Assembly (NCBI GenBank): GCA_038244115.1
Contig: JBBRTU010000005.1
Span: 866 to 64,865 of the forward strand
From: Burkholderiales bacterium
GTDB lineage: Bacteria > Pseudomonadota > Gammaproteobacteria > Burkholderiales > JBBRTU01
Length of the DNA: 64,000 nt
Direction: 5' to 3'
Part shown: piece after piece, positions 19,988 through 31,870 of the stretch
Layout of the letters: each line of letters opens with the position of its first letter
Numbering within the stretch: position 1 is the first letter of the stretch
The notes under the pieces: generated by a model
The model's database searches: none
What the model was told of the DNA's origin: nothing
Seen by the model: the letters and a program-made list of their open reading frames with translations, nothing else
Position numbers and translations under genes: made by a program

Positions 19988-21241
19988 TTACAGCTTAAAT
20001 TCTTTCAGCTTCTTCGGCACTGCAATGTTTTTCAACGTCACATATTGCGGCAGGCCATCCACGTACTTGGGATAATCCTCGCCCTGAATCAGCGGGGTCA
20101 GGTAGCGCTTGCACTTTGCGGTAATACCGAAGCCGTCGCTGCTGATAAAGTCCTTGGGCATGAATTTTTCCACGTTGGCCACTTTGGACAACGGCGCCAT
20201 GCCGATCTTGTACTTGTAGGGCGAATCAGAAATACGATCCACCGTTGGCATAACCGAGTTGTGACCCTTGAGCGCCAGCTGCACTGCTGCCTTGCCCAGC
20301 TCATAAGCCTGCTTGACGTCGGTCTTGGATGCAATATGACGCGCAGCACGTTGCAGGTAATCTGCCACAGCCCAGTGGAACTTGTAGCCCAGTGCATCCT
20401 TGATCATGTTGGCCACCACCGGTGCGGCACCACCCAACTGGGCATGACCGAAAGCATCGCGCGTACCCTGCTCCGCCAGGAATTTTCCGTCCGGATAGTG
20501 ACAACCCTCGGAAACCACGATCGTGCAGTAGCCGAATTTCTTGACGTTCTCGGCCACCTTGGCGAGGAATTTTTTCTGATTGAATTCTACTTCGGGGAAC
20601 AGTATCACCACTGGAACATTATGGTCCACCAGCAATCCACCAGCCGCCGCAATCCACCCGGCATGACGTCCCATCACCTCGATTACGAAAATTTTGGTGG
20701 AGGTCTTGGCCATCGATTTCACATCGAAGGAAGCCTCCAGAGTAGACACGGCCACGTATTTGGCCACAGAGCCAAAACCGGGGCAGCAGTCGGTAATGGG
20801 CAGATCGTTATCTACGGTCTTGGGTACGTGAATGGCCTGCACTGGATAACCCATGGTTTCGGACAACTGGGAGACCTTGAAGCAGGTATCGGCGGAGTCG
20901 CCGCCGCCGTTGTAAAAGAAATAACCGATGTTGTGCGCCTTGAAGACTTCGATCAGGCGTGCGTATTCGCGCTTGTTTTGTTCCAGTGATTTGAGTTTGA
21001 AACGGCAGGAACCGAAAGCGCCGGAAGGCGTCGAGCGCAATGCGGCTATGTCTGCATCGGATTCTTTGCTGGTATCGATCAGCTCTTCGGTCAGCGCACC
21101 GATAATGCCGTTGCGTCCGGCATATACCTTGCCAATCTTGTCCTTGTGCTTGCGTGCGGTTTGAATCACGCCACAGGCAGATGCATTGATAACAGCGGTG
21201 ACACCACCGGATTGGGCGTAGAAAGCGTTTTTCTTTGCCAT
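19988..21241 (-). CDS. pfp: 6-phosphofructokinase, probably pyrophosphate-dependent
   Basis: PFK family: FYAQSGGVTAVINAS, NGGGDSAD, PKTVDNDL, MGRHAGW. The 417 aa type resembles methanotroph and nitrifier PPi-PFKs. PPi dependence is inferred from that resemblance and from hppA linkage. Confidence 0.8.
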   Translation of the reverse strand: MAKKNAFYAQSGGVTAVINASACGVIQTARKHKDKIGKVYAGRNGIIGALTEELIDTSKESDADIAALRSTPSGAFGSCRFKLKSLEQNKREYARLIEVFKAHNIGYFFYNGGGDSADTCFKVSQLSETMGYPVQAIHVPKTVDNDLPITDCCPGFGSVAKYVAVSTLEASFDVKSMAKTSTKIFVIEVMGRHAGWIAAAGGLLVDHNVPVVILFPEVEFNQKKFLAKVAENVKKFGYCTIVVSEGCHYPDGKFLAEQGTRDAFGHAQLGGAAPVVANMIKDALGYKFHWAVADYLQRAARHIASKTDVKQAYELGKAAVQLALKGHNSVMPTVDRISDSPYKYKIGMAPLSKVANVEKFMPKDFISSDGFGITAKCKRYLTPLIQGEDYPKYVDGLPQYVTLKNIAVPKKLKEFKL

Positions 21242-21266
21242 GTCGTAGCTCCCTTGTATTTAAAAT

Positions 21267-21614
21267 CTAAATTTTTGCCTGGCGCTGTGCTTCATGATCC
21301 GCCTGTAGTTTTAACAGTGCAGTCACACATTCAGCCAGGTCGTCATATTCTTCGTGCCCGGTGCCATATTGCTCGAGTACCGAGTAGTAAAACTGGCAGC
21401 GAAAGCGTCCATCTCCGGTCTTGGTAAGCACAAAAGCCGCTTCACGCTCAGCCCAGAATAACGCGGGACACAAAGTCAACTCGCGATCTGCCGGACTTAA
21501 CCGCAACTCCACATCAGCTGCCTTTACCTCAATCGCCTTGCCGTAACGCTCCTTCAAAGTGGTATCAACCACCCAGCGTTCTGTTTCAGTAAAATCCGAA
21601 ATTGCTTTTTTCAT
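21267..21614 (-). CDS. Hypothetical protein (115 aa)
   Basis: ORF track. Co-directional between adk and pfp. No family recognised. Confidence 0.55.
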   Translation of the reverse strand: MKKAISDFTETERWVVDTTLKERYGKAIEVKAADVELRLSPADRELTLCPALFWAEREAAFVLTKTGDGRFRCQFYYSVLEQYGTGHEEYDDLAECVTALLKLQADHEAQRQAKI

Positions 21615-21659
21615 ATCTGCACAAAGTAATAAAGGCGGAATTATCCGCCTTTATTTAAC

Positions 21660-22379
<720 letters not shown>

Positions 22380-22458
22380 TTAAATTACTGCTTGGTGCAC
22401 ATTTAATTTTTTTTATCCACTCATAAAACCAGCTTTCACGTGCCGCCACATACCGTGC

Positions 22459-23235
22459 CTATCCGGCTCCCAATTCGAATATGCGGCGCACGGCCCGCAA
22501 GTCATCCTCGGTATCCACACCGCTAGCAGGCGCGTGGTCGGTAACTGCAACACTGATTCGATATCCGTGCCACATGGCGCGTAACTGCTCGAGCGATTCG
22601 AACTGTTCTATGAGCGCCGGTTCGAGCCGCGAGAATGTTTTAAGAAAACGCGCACGATAGGCATAGAGACCGATATGACGATAGACTGGCAAGCGCTCAG
22701 GGATCGAGGAGTGAGGGGGTGAGGAATTCGCCCAGGCATCGCGCGCATAGGGAATCGGTGCGCGGCTGAAATACAGCGCATAGCCCTCGGCATCCAGCAC
22801 CACCTTGACTACGTTGGGATTAAACATGGCGTCCAGGTCATGCAATGCATGACATGCGGTTGACATGACCGCAGTGGAATGTGTCGACAAATGTTCCGCC
22901 ACTTTTCGGATCAGTGCCGGCTCAATAAGCGGCTCGTCGCCCTGCACATTAACCACAACATCGTCAGCGGCAAACCCCAATTGTGCTGCCGCATCCGCCA
23001 ACCGATCCGTACCGGACACATGTTCAGCGCCTGTCATACACGCTTTGAAGCCGTGCCTTTCCACTGCTTCGAACACGCCTGCGTGATCGGTCGCCACCCA
23101 CACCTCGGCAGCACCGCTTTGTACAGCACGCTCGGCCACATGCACGACCATCGGACGACCATCAATATCTAATAACGGCTTGCCGGGGAGTCGGGTGGAT
23201 GCGTAGCGGGCGGGGATGATAACTTTGAAATTCAT
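22459..23235 (-). CDS. kdsB: 3-deoxy-manno-octulosonate cytidylyltransferase
   Basis: [24 protein letters not shown]...NVQGDEPLI. Start trimmed to the ATG at 23235. Confidence 0.9.
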   Translation of the reverse strand: MNFKVIIPARYASTRLPGKPLLDIDGRPMVVHVAERAVQSGAAEVWVATDHAGVFEAVERHGFKACMTGAEHVSGTDRLADAAAQLGFAADDVVVNVQGDEPLIEPALIRKVAEHLSTHSTAVMSTACHALHDLDAMFNPNVVKVVLDAEGYALYFSRAPIPYARDAWANSSPPHSSIPERLPVYRHIGLYAYRARFLKTFSRLEPALIEQFESLEQLRAMWHGYRISVAVTDHAPASGVDTEDDLRAVRRIFELGAG

Positions 23236-23266
23236 AGGGGTTAACAGGGTTGCCCCATCCACAGAC

Positions 23267-23446
23267 TTATACTTCCTCTTCTGCCGGTAACTTGCGCGCC
23301 TCTTCTTCAAGCATCACCGGAATGTCGTCCTTGATCGGGTAGGCAAGCCTGTCAGCCTTGCAGATCAATTCCTGCTCATTTTTTTTGTACAGCAGCGGCC
23401 CCTTGCACAGGGGGCACACGAGAATCTCAAGCAGCTTGCTATCCAT
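23267..23446 (-). CDS. Trm112/YcaR-family small protein (UPF0434), 59 aa
   Basis: My own translation: [59 protein letters not shown]. Sits in the conserved lpxK-ycaR-kdsB position. Its ATG overlaps the lpxK stop (ATGGATAG). One residue below the 60 aa cut-off of the ORF track. Confidence 0.8.
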   Translation of the reverse strand: MDSKLLEILVCPLCKGPLLYKKNEQELICKADRLAYPIKDDIPVMLEEEARKLPAEEEV

Positions 23447-24470
23447 TTCTGTTCCTCACTTTTTCTGCAACCAGCCTGGCGAGATCTTCGCCAACTTCAG
23501 CCTCTACCGCCAGAACCCAAAAATTATCTTTGGCAAACTTTGCGCATTTTACTCCATCCTTCTCCGTCATCAGTATTTGGCCTGGGAAATCAAGATCTCC
23601 TGGATTAAAAACGTGGTGATCCGGAAAGGGGTGTTCGCTCACCGTCAGACCCAAGCTACGCAGATGGTCAAAAAAACGAAGCGGGTTGCCAATCCCCGCA
23701 GCTGCATGCAAAGCTTGGCCAACAAAATCTTGTGGTTTAGCACGCTTTACCGGGTCAGCAAGATTATAAAACTCAGACCCTACAAGGGACATAAAAAACC
23801 CAGCCTTGGCATTGGCTGGCACTGCACCACCACCATTCACCACCACTGCATCGAAACTGACTAGCCGAGTTACCGGCTCGCGCAGCGGCCCTGCCGGCAG
23901 CAGAAACCCATTGCCAAACCTTCGCTCGCCATCCACCACAACAATCTCTACATCACGCGCCAGACGGTAATGCTGTAAGCCATCGTCACTAATAATCAGG
24001 TTGCAAGCTGGATGAGCTTTCAGCAGCGAACGTCCGGTTTCTGCCCGATTTCTTCCAACCCATACCGGGCAAGCAGACTTTCTGGCTAACAATACCGGCT
24101 CGTCGCCCACCAGCAACGGGTCAGAGTCCGGCATTACTTCCCGCTGCGATCGGTTTTCACCTCTGTAACCGCGGCTGATAATGCCGGGCTGCCAACCCAA
24201 ACTCCGTAATTTTGCAGCCAGCCATAAAACCAGAGGTGTCTTGCCGCTGCCGCCTACGGTGATATTACCCACCACAATCACAGGCACAGGCAGTCGCTCG
24301 ACGGGAAGCAAGTGAAAGCGATACAACAGGAAGCGGAGGAAAACGACCAGCCGAAACAAAAAACTTATGGGTATCAGGAGTAAGTGCCAAGGGCCGAAGC
24401 AGTACCACTGCCGCTCCAGCCCGGACGCAGCGAAACGAGAATTACTTGCCGGACTGACTTTGGGTGGCAA
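23439..24470 (-). CDS. lpxK: Tetraacyldisaccharide 4'-kinase
   Basis: P-loop [13 protein letters not shown]. Length and context (kdsB downstream) fit LpxK. Confidence 0.9.
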   Translation of the reverse strand: MPPKVSPASNSRFAASGLERQWYCFGPWHLLLIPISFLFRLVVFLRFLLYRFHLLPVERLPVPVIVVGNITVGGSGKTPLVLWLAAKLRSLGWQPGIISRGYRGENRSQREVMPDSDPLLVGDEPVLLARKSACPVWVGRNRAETGRSLLKAHPACNLIISDDGLQHYRLARDVEIVVVDGERRFGNGFLLPAGPLREPVTRLVSFDAVVVNGGGAVPANAKAGFFMSLVGSEFYNLADPVKRAKPQDFVGQALHAAAGIGNPLRFFDHLRSLGLTVSEHPFPDHHVFNPGDLDFPGQILMTEKDGVKCAKFAKDNFWVLAVEAEVGEDLARLVAEKVRNRNG

Positions 24471-24864
24471 AGGTAATATGGCTCAAACCAGCCAGCCGTG
24501 CCGCTTCCATCACATTGACTACAGCCTGGTGGGTAGTATTGGCATCCGCGTTAATAATCACCGGTGGCTCAGGGTTATTGCCTGCTGCGCGCTTAAGTTC
24601 AGCGCTCAAGCCATCCACTCCACTAAAAGAAACTGGCGCATTGTTGATGGAATAGTGCCCCTGTGCATCCACCGCCACATTGACAGAAACCGGACGATCA
24701 GGCTGTTTATCAGCCGTCGCGCTGGGAAGGTTAATCTGCAGTTCGGAGAAGCGCGAATAGGTCGTGGTGACCATGAGAAAAATCAGAATCACCAGCAACA
24801 CATCGATCATCGGAATCAGGTTGATTTCCGGCTCCTCACGCTGCCTGCCCCGCATAAAATTCAT
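24442..24864 (-). CDS. exbD: Biopolymer transport protein ExbD/TolR family
   Basis: 140 aa. EPEINLIPMIDVLLVILIFLMV is the typical N-terminal TM region. Confidence 0.85.
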   Translation of the reverse strand: MNFMRGRQREEPEINLIPMIDVLLVILIFLMVTTTYSRFSELQINLPSATADKQPDRPVSVNVAVDAQGHYSINNAPVSFSGVDGLSAELKRAAGNNPEPPVIINADANTTHQAVVNVMEAARLAGLSHITFATQSQSGK

Positions 24865-25484
24865 TACTGGCGCTCCCCATGCACCACTTCCACCAATTTG
24901 ACGGCCTGCTGCTCCATTTCAATCACCAGCGTTTCTACCCGGGTGCGAAAAAACCGGTAAAAAATCATGCTGGGAATAGCGACGATCAGGCCGAAAGCCG
25001 TGTTGTAGAGTGCCACTGAAATACCGTGGGCCAATACCGCCGGACTGGTGCCGCCGGCTGTTTGCGCACCAAATATTTCCACCATGCCGATCACGGTACC
25101 CAGCAAGCCGAGCAGTGGGCTAACGGAAGCAATAGTTCCCAGGGTAGTAAGAAATCGCTCCAGCTCGACCGTCGCAGCACGTCCGGACTCCTCGATTGCC
25201 TCTTTCATTACCTCACGCGAACTTTTAGCATTTTTCAATCCTGCCGCGAACACTTGGCCAAGCGGCGAACCTTGAGCAAGACGGTTTAACATGTCCGCAC
25301 TCACCCCTTTTTGCTTATACTCCTGAACCACGACCGGCAGCAAAGTCGGCGGCACCACTTGATCCCGGCGCAAAGACCACAGCCGCTCGCCAATAACACC
25401 CAAAGCCACTATGGAGGCAAAAATGATCGGCCAGATAGGCCAGCCTGCCGCTTCAATAATCGTTAACACACCTTGTCTCCCCAC
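24864..25484 (-). CDS. exbB: MotA/TolQ/ExbB proton channel family protein
   Basis: 206 aa, three TM segments, with SPLLGLLGTVIGMVEIF and ALYNTAFGLIVAIP signatures. Confidence 0.85.
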   Translation of the reverse strand: MGRQGVLTIIEAAGWPIWPIIFASIVALGVIGERLWSLRRDQVVPPTLLPVVVQEYKQKGVSADMLNRLAQGSPLGQVFAAGLKNAKSSREVMKEAIEESGRAATVELERFLTTLGTIASVSPLLGLLGTVIGMVEIFGAQTAGGTSPAVLAHGISVALYNTAFGLIVAIPSMIFYRFFRTRVETLVIEMEQQAVKLVEVVHGERQ

Positions 25485-25544
25485 AAAAAAATCTTCGTAA
25501 CTTTAGCCTGCTGGCAGCGTTTCGGCAAGCAGGCTAGCAATAAC

Positions 25545-25685
25545 GGGGGCAATTGAAAGTGCTGGCGCGGGAGGGCAGCCCTCGGTTCGATTTTGAATAT
25601 CGCGGCTGGGGCGCCGCTACAGGGGTATATCGCGTCGAGCCAGACTTGCAGAACAAAGGAACAGCCAGTACTTTCAATTGCACCC
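25545..25685. repeat. 141 bp MITE-like element, copy A
   Basis: 22 nt terminal inverted repeats, GGGGGCAATTGAAAGTGCTGGC and GCCAGTACTTTCAATTGCACCC, matching at 20 of 22 positions. The core is about 85 percent identical to 40963-41096. Confidence 0.8.
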
Positions 25686-26067
25686 AGCAATAGCAGGTCT
25701 AGCAATAACCAGCGATCTGAGTCCGGTCGTCGCCCAGCACAGTCCATCAAACTAACTTATCGATTAAAAAGTGTTTTTTAAGTTCTCCACAATATCTGTG
25801 GATAACATTGTGCGCAGTTTACAAAAAGGATGCCCAAACAACCTTCTCACAAGGAAACCCCCTTGACGACTATTTTTTAGACAGTTAATTTATACATAAA
25901 TATCAATTAGTTAATAAATTATTGTGGCACTTCAAGTCATTATCGGAACGACTATGAAGGTTTTATGACATCTGTGGATGATTACGCCAACAAATTCAGG
26001 TTTGTCAAGCGATGGAGGGGGAATGGGTGTCTGTTTCGATAGGCTGTTGGTGCTAGAATCCGTAGCC

Positions 26068-27423
26068 ATGTACGCTCCTCCCGAACTCATTCCTAGCTCT
26101 CCAGTCGTTTCCGTGGGCGATCTGGTTCGCAGAGCGCGTGAGTTATTGGAACACAACTTACCTTTGCTTTGGGTAAGCGGAGAAATATCTAATTTCACCC
26201 GCGCTACTTCAGGTCACTGGTATTTTTCCCTCAAGGATAACAGCGCCCAAGTGCGTTGCGTCCTGTTCCGTAACAAGAGCCAATATCTGGATTGGGTGCC
26301 TGAAAACGGCATGCAGGTTGAGGTGCGTGCCTTGGCAACTCTTTACGAGGCGCGCGGAGAATTCCAGCTCAACATCGAAACCATGCGGCGTGCGGGCTTG
26401 GGCGCGCTGTACGCGGCATTTGAAAAGCTCAAAATAAAATTAGGCCAGGAAGGTTTATTCGATTCGAAGCGCAAACGCCCCCTGCCCGCTTACTCGCGCC
26501 AAATCGGAATTATCACCTCACCGGCTGCCGCCGCACTGAAGGATGTTCTCAACACGCTAAACAGGCGCATGCCTGCCATCCCAGTCGTTCTTTACCCGGC
26601 ACCGGTACAAGGCGAAGGCGCCGCAGAGAAAATCGCCACGGCCATCCAGATAGCCGGGAATCGGGCCGAATGCGATGTATTAATTCTCTGCCGGGGCGGC
26701 GGCAGCATAGAAGATCTATGGCCGTTCAATGAGGAGGTTGTGGCGCGAGCGATACATGCTTCCCCCATCCCGGTTATATCTGGCATCGGCCACGAAACGG
26801 ATTTCACCATTGCCGATTTCGTCTCTGATCAACGTGCTCCTACACCAACTGCGGCAGCCGAACTCATTACACCTGACCGGGAAAATCTGTTGCATCAACT
26901 CGCCGTCCTGGCCAAACGCCTGCATGGCAACACTCAGCGCAGACTGGAGGATCGCGTACAACATGTGGACTACCTATCGCGCCGGCTTATCCATCCTGGC
27001 GAAAAACTGCTCCAACAGTGGCGACAACTATCGCACCTGCGAGGAAGACTGCAACAGACATGCAATCGCGCATTGGACGACCGAAACTGGCAAGTACAAT
27101 TTCTAGTCAGACAACTTACGGGTTCACGGCCGGATTTTGCCCGGCGCGAAGAAAAATTGCTGGAATTGGCACGCCGTATGCAGCTAGCGTCAGATCATCG
27201 CCTGGCAAAACATGCCACTCAACTAGAAAATCTTGCTCTCAATTTGGAGCATCTAAATCCACTCACCATTCTGGCGCGTGGATTTAGCATTGTAGAAAAC
27301 GAATCGGGTGAACTGCTAAGAGATAGCGCTCAAGCCACACCGGGCACCGGCCTAAAAATCACCCTGGCGCGCGGCTGGCTTAAGGCTGAAGTAACAAAAA
27401 ACGAGGCGGGAGAATCGCCTTAG
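26068..27423 (+). CDS. xseA: Exodeoxyribonuclease VII large subunit
   Basis: VSVGDLVRRARELLEHNLPLLWVSGEISNF..SGHWYFSLKD (OB fold) ... RGGGSIEDLWPFN. Start trimmed to the ATG at 26068. Confidence 0.9.
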   Translation: MYAPPELIPSSPVVSVGDLVRRARELLEHNLPLLWVSGEISNFTRATSGHWYFSLKDNSAQVRCVLFRNKSQYLDWVPENGMQVEVRALATLYEARGEFQLNIETMRRAGLGALYAAFEKLKIKLGQEGLFDSKRKRPLPAYSRQIGIITSPAAAALKDVLNTLNRRMPAIPVVLYPAPVQGEGAAEKIATAIQIAGNRAECDVLILCRGGGSIEDLWPFNEEVVARAIHASPIPVISGIGHETDFTIADFVSDQRAPTPTAAAELITPDRENLLHQLAVLAKRLHGNTQRRLEDRVQHVDYLSRRLIHPGEKLLQQWRQLSHLRGRLQQTCNRALDDRNWQVQFLVRQLTGSRPDFARREEKLLELARRMQLASDHRLAKHATQLENLALNLEHLNPLTILARGFSIVENESGELLRDSAQATPGTGLKITLARGWLKAEVTKNEAGESP

Positions 27424-27433
27424 AGCCTCGCTA

Positions 27434-27988
27434 CTAGCCCGCTTTGTAGCGCGCTTTTTTGCAACTCTTTACCCAGTGAAATTCCTTGGCTGTAGCGCTG
27501 CTGGAGCGGGCGGCCGGATTGCGTTGATATAGTTCACAAGTGCACTCCGACTCAGCTACGGCGCCATAGTTGTAATCGCCGCGCGCCACACCGTTTGCAC
27601 GACATGCCTCAGGCGCTTCGGAATTGATAGCCAATTGGCCGCTCATACCGGTAGCATCGACAGCCGTCGCGATCTCGTCGTCGAGTGGAAATTCCGTCGT
27701 AGACACCACAGACGCGGTACGTAGCGCGGCAACAATATTGGCAGGCGCATCCGCCTCATCAAGCAATTCCAGACGATCAAGCAATTCGCCGAAGTTCTTC
27801 AAGCTGGAACTGATTTGGATGGGCTCGGCCCGGGGTAAATCCGACAAAGAGAAAGTGAAAGATACAGAACCAACAGAGGATAATTCATTGAAACTTGCAG
27901 CTTGCGCACGTGGCAAACATACAATCATCAGCAGAGCGCCAAACGCCCAGAGACTAAACGAGACGCGCCAATCAAAAGACTTGGTCAT
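27434..27988 (-). CDS. Hypothetical secreted protein (184 aa)
   Basis: N-terminal signal peptide (LMIVCLPRAQAASF). Cys-rich C-terminus. No family recognised. Confidence 0.5.
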   Translation of the reverse strand: MTKSFDWRVSFSLWAFGALLMIVCLPRAQAASFNELSSVGSVSFTFSLSDLPRAEPIQISSSLKNFGELLDRLELLDEADAPANIVAALRTASVVSTTEFPLDDEIATAVDATGMSGQLAINSEAPEACRANGVARGDYNYGAVAESECTCELYQRNPAARSSSATAKEFHWVKSCKKARYKAG

Positions 27989-28392
27989 GGGTCAAACTCC
28001 CAATCATGTGCAGATTGCCTCTAGGCAATCCAGATACCTCCATTTATGTGTAATTTCGAAATATGTGCCGCACTATCACAAACTGGCGACACAGCCTTTG
28101 TGCAATAACCTAAGCAAGTCCCATGCCAGGAATTTGGATATCAATGCGGATATAGATGAACAAACGTTAATTCGTGAGGTTTAACGCGAATTGGCAGGGA
28201 TTGGAACTGCCGCTCAACGTCACATTTAGACTGCGAGCAGCCAAGAGGGAATGTCGAACTTACATCCAATTTGTCGACGCAATAGCAACAACTATTGAAC
28301 TACGGCATAGGGTTGGGCATCGAGAAAAACAACCTGAACATTGAAGGGGAACCTCGCAGGTCGGGTTAGCATAGCTTCGCCCGACGATTGGC

Positions 28393-28878
28393 CTAGCTAT
28401 TTACCTCAGCACACCAATGCCCCGATTTACCACCCATTTTTTCCATCAAGTGTATTTCCTCGATACGCATGCCGCGATCTACCGCCTTGCACATATCGTA
28501 AATTGTGAGCAGGCCGACAGTCACTGCTGTCAGCGCTTCCATCTCAACCCCGGTTCTACCCAGTGTTTCAGCCGTTACTATGCAGTTTACGGTATTGCGG
28601 ATCTCATCGACTTCGAACGCAACGGCAACGCTGGTTAATGCCAAAGGGTGACATAAAGGGATCAGTTCAGCGGTGCGTTTGGAAGCCTGAATCGCAGCGA
28701 TTCGCGCTACTCCCAAAACATCGCCCTTTTTGCTGGAACCCGACTGGATCATGCGCAATGTTTCCGGTTGCATGACGATACGTCCGCCAGCCCGGGCGAA
28801 TCGACGCGTCTCGGTTTTTTCACCCACGTCAACCATATGCGCGCGTCCTTGAGCATCGAAATGGGTTAATTCACTCAT
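28393..28878 (-). CDS. moaC: Cyclic pyranopterin monophosphate synthase accessory protein
   Basis: [21 protein letters not shown]...[26 protein letters not shown]. Start trimmed to the ATG at 28878. Confidence 0.92.
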   Translation of the reverse strand: MSELTHFDAQGRAHMVDVGEKTETRRFARAGGRIVMQPETLRMIQSGSSKKGDVLGVARIAAIQASKRTAELIPLCHPLALTSVAVAFEVDEIRNTVNCIVTAETLGRTGVEMEALTAVTVGLLTIYDMCKAVDRGMRIEEIHLMEKMGGKSGHWCAEVNS

Positions 28879-28944
28879 GTATGGCCTTCCTGAAATAGTA
28901 TTAAGGAGGAACTTATCTGACAACCGGGCTATCATACCAGCCCT

Positions 28945-30390
28945 ATGAGGCTCTCTTATTTCCTAGCGCTCCTTTCCGCCAAAATAATAACGATACTGTT
29001 CGTTCCGGCGGTGTTAGCTGACAATCTACCCGACCTGGGCGAAGCGTCCCAAGCTGTTTTTTCTCCCCAACAAGAACGACGCATCGGGGAAGAAATTATG
29101 CAGGAAATACGTGCCAGCCGCAGCAATCTGGATGACGCCGAGCTTACCGAATATATTAATGATCTCGGCTACCGGTTGGTTGCTAATAGCCCGGATAACC
29201 GTCACAGCATCGAGTTTTTTTTGGTACAGGATGACACCCTAAACGCTTTCGCCTTGCCTGGTGGCTATATCGGGGTACATACGGGACTTATTCTGGCAAC
29301 GCAAAACGAATCCGAATTGGCCAGCGTAATGGCGCACGAGATTGCGCACATCGAGCAAAAGCACCTATCACGCATGATCGCCAGCACCCAGCAAAATTCT
29401 CTCTCCACGCTCGCTGCTGTTGCGGTAGCCATTCTTGCGGCCCGTTCCAATCCGCAGGTAGCCAATGCTGCGCTGGTTTCTGCCCAAGCAGCAAGCATCC
29501 AGACGCAACTTAATTTCACCCGTGACCACGAACGCGAGGCTGATCGCATCGGCCTGCAAATCCTCGAACATGCGGATTTCGACACGCATGCTATGCCGGC
29601 TTTTTTCGAGCGCTTGCAGAAATATGGTCGGGCGTACGATAACAACGCTCCAGCCTACTTGCGCACCCACCCGCTGACGACTGAGCGCATTGCTGATGTG
29701 GAAAACCGCGTGGCATCGCTTCCCTATAAGCAGGTAAAAAGTAGTCTGGAGTTTCAGCTGCTGCGTGCAAAGCTGCGTGCCATGCAGGGTGATGCGGAAC
29801 TGACTGTTGCTGATTTTTCCGAAAGTTTGAAAGATAAAAAATACGAAAGCGAGCCGGCCGCGCGTTATGGTTACACCTATGCGCTCATACGCACACGGCA
29901 ATATGGGCGCGCCGAACAAGAGATTACCAAACTGCGTGGCTTGGTCAAATCCAGCGCCATTGTTGAAACTCTGGCAGCGGAAATCAAGGTGGCGAGCGGC
30001 CAGTTTTCCGCCGCACTGGATATTTACCATACCGCCCTGAAACGCTTTCCACAGCACCGCGCATTAATTTACGGCTATGCGGAAATGTTGCTGGAAAACA
30101 AGCAAGCCAAAACGGCTGAGAAGTTTCTGGCTAATCAGATTGAGACAGCACCGAATGATTTTCGACTCTATGGGCTGCTTGCCAGAAGCCATGCTGCTCA
30201 AGGAAGAGTGTTCCTTCAGCACCAGGCGCAGGCGGAAGCCTACGCCCGTTCCGGCAACGTTCCCGCCGCTATCGAACAATTGCAAATCGCGATCAAGAGC
30301 GGAGACAGCAATTTCTATTTGCTCTCCAGTGCGGAATCCCGCTTGAAAGAACTGCATGCCATCGTGGCTGAAAACCAGAAGAAACCTTGA
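28945..30390 (+). CDS. M48 family metallopeptidase with TPR domain (BepA/YfgC-like)
   Basis: Signal peptide, [10 protein letters not shown] (HExxH), TPR-like C-terminal half. Confidence 0.85.
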   Translation: MRLSYFLALLSAKIITILFVPAVLADNLPDLGEASQAVFSPQQERRIGEEIMQEIRASRSNLDDAELTEYINDLGYRLVANSPDNRHSIEFFLVQDDTLNAFALPGGYIGVHTGLILATQNESELASVMAHEIAHIEQKHLSRMIASTQQNSLSTLAAVAVAILAARSNPQVANAALVSAQAASIQTQLNFTRDHEREADRIGLQILEHADFDTHAMPAFFERLQKYGRAYDNNAPAYLRTHPLTTERIADVENRVASLPYKQVKSSLEFQLLRAKLRAMQGDAELTVADFSESLKDKKYESEPAARYGYTYALIRTRQYGRAEQEITKLRGLVKSSAIVETLAAEIKVASGQFSAALDIYHTALKRFPQHRALIYGYAEMLLENKQAKTAEKFLANQIETAPNDFRLYGLLARSHAAQGRVFLQHQAQAEAYARSGNVPAAIEQLQIAIKSGDSNFYLLSSAESRLKELHAIVAENQKKP

Positions 30391-30673
30391 ATCTTCAAAT
30401 TGCTGCAATACAAATTATTCAAATGGCATATAATATTAGCATATAATAATTTTTTTCTATAGCTAGTCCTATAATACCAACCATCAGAAAATAAACAAAA
30501 AAATCTGAAAATAGTTTGAAGCTTCCGAAAATATTTTGATATGCTTTCATTACGGTTTGCAGTTGGCGTTACTTGGCAATAGCTTGTAGCATCAGCAGCG
30601 ACACGTGGGTTCTTGCGGGAGCAAGGAACAACGATTCAATAAGATTAATAAGACATTCCAAAGGAGGATTACG

Positions 30674-31024
30674 ATGCGTCTAAGCGCTGCACTGCCATTA
30701 GCCAGCTTGCTTGCTATCCTATCGACAAATCTGGCATGGGCTGCGGACGAACCCACAGGCCAGGATTTGGCTTTTGACAATAAAAAAGGCAATTGCCTCG
30801 CCTGCCATTCCATTCCAGGCGATCCCAAAGCGGTCACCATGGCGAATATCGCCCCCCCTTTGGTTACCATGAAAGCCCGCTTCCCTGACCGCGCAAAATT
30901 ACGTGCTCAGATTTGGGATTCTACCAAGGCCAACCCGCGAACTTCCATGCCACCATTCGGTAAGCATAAAATCTTGACCGAACAGGAACTCGACAAGATT
31001 GTAGATTATGTTCATACCCTTTGA
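30674..31024 (+). CDS. soxX: Sulfur-oxidation c-type cytochrome SoxX
   Basis: Signal peptide, single heme site GNCLACH, about 116 aa, immediately upstream of soxYZ. AAGGAGGA RBS at 30661-30668. Confidence 0.8.
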   Translation: MRLSAALPLASLLAILSTNLAWAADEPTGQDLAFDNKKGNCLACHSIPGDPKAVTMANIAPPLVTMKARFPDRAKLRAQIWDSTKANPRTSMPPFGKHKILTEQELDKIVDYVHTL

Positions 31025-31045
31025 ACCCATCAGGAGAACCAATAG

Positions 31046-31498
31046 ATGAACCCGCTTCGCAGAACCACTCTTAAATCCACTATTGCTCTGGCCGCCTTGG
31101 CCGGCCTTCTTCCAGCACGCGTATTTGCCGCCGAGTGGAACAAAGCCGCCTTCGAGGCCAAGAATGTTGCAGAAGCTTTAAAAGGACTGGGGCTCGGTGC
31201 AACCGCCGACAGCAAGGACATTATCATTAAAGCGCCAGAAATCGCAGAGAGCGGCAGCAATGTCCAAATCGAAGTAACCAGCAATATTCCTGGTACGCAA
31301 TCCATCACGATCCTGGCGGAAAAAAACCCAAGCCCACTGACAGCCGTCTTTGAGCTATCCAATGGTGCCGAAGGTTATATCTCTACTCGTATCAAGATGA
31401 GCCAGACATCAAACGTTCGCGCGATAGTCAAAGCAGGTGGCAAGCTGTACACCGCAGCGAGAGAGGTAAAAGTGACTATCGGTGGATGCGGCGGTTAA
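31046..31498 (+). CDS. soxY: Sulfur carrier protein SoxY
   Basis: Signal peptide and the diagnostic C-terminal motif VKVTIGGCGG. Confidence 0.92.
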   Translation: MNPLRRTTLKSTIALAALAGLLPARVFAAEWNKAAFEAKNVAEALKGLGLGATADSKDIIIKAPEIAESGSNVQIEVTSNIPGTQSITILAEKNPSPLTAVFELSNGAEGYISTRIKMSQTSNVRAIVKAGGKLYTAAREVKVTIGGCGG

Positions 31499-31555
31499 TT
31501 ACCCCGGCAATATTGAGCGAACAACCCTTAAACTGAATATTTAGAGGATACAAGC

Positions 31556-31870
31556 ATGGCAGAACTCACAAAAATTCGCGCCAAGATGGACGGCAATACC
31601 GCTGACATCAAGGTGCTCATCACTCACATTATGGAAACCGGACAGCGCAAGGATGCCAAAACAGGCCAGATCATTCCCGCGCACTTTATCCAGAACGTCA
31701 CTGCCGCACTGAATGGCAAAACCGTCCTGTCTGCAGAGTGGAGCGTCGCCATCGCGAAGAATCCCTTCTTGGGTTTCAAAGCCAAAGGCGCCAAAACCGG
31801 TGACAAGATTGTCATCAGTTGGGAAGACAATAAAGGCAATAAAGACACTGCTGAAGAAACGATCAAATAA
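31556..31870 (+). CDS. soxZ: SoxZ
   Basis: 104 aa directly after soxY. Typical IKVLITHIMETG...FIQNV sequence. Confidence 0.85.
   Translation: MAELTKIRAKMDGNTADIKVLITHIMETGQRKDAKTGQIIPAHFIQNVTAALNGKTVLSAEWSVAIAKNPFLGFKAKGAKTGDKIVISWEDNKGNKDTAEETIK

Noticed and set aside
20045-20989. 314 aa ORF antisense to pfp
   Set aside because: Shadow ORF. The opposite strand encodes a full-length PFK.
28185-28392. Possible remnant of the CGCAGAT element family, or an ncRNA, in the 400 nt gap next to moaC
   Set aside because: It shares only a 12-mer (TTGAAGGGGAAC) with copy 1. No heptamer arms are present. The GTCGGG..CCCGAC hairpin is weak.
30560-30600. Sigma54 promoter upstream of soxX (TGGCGTTACTTGGCA)
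   Set aside because: The GG to GC spacing is one nucleotide short of the -24/-12 consensus, and the -12 element is poor.
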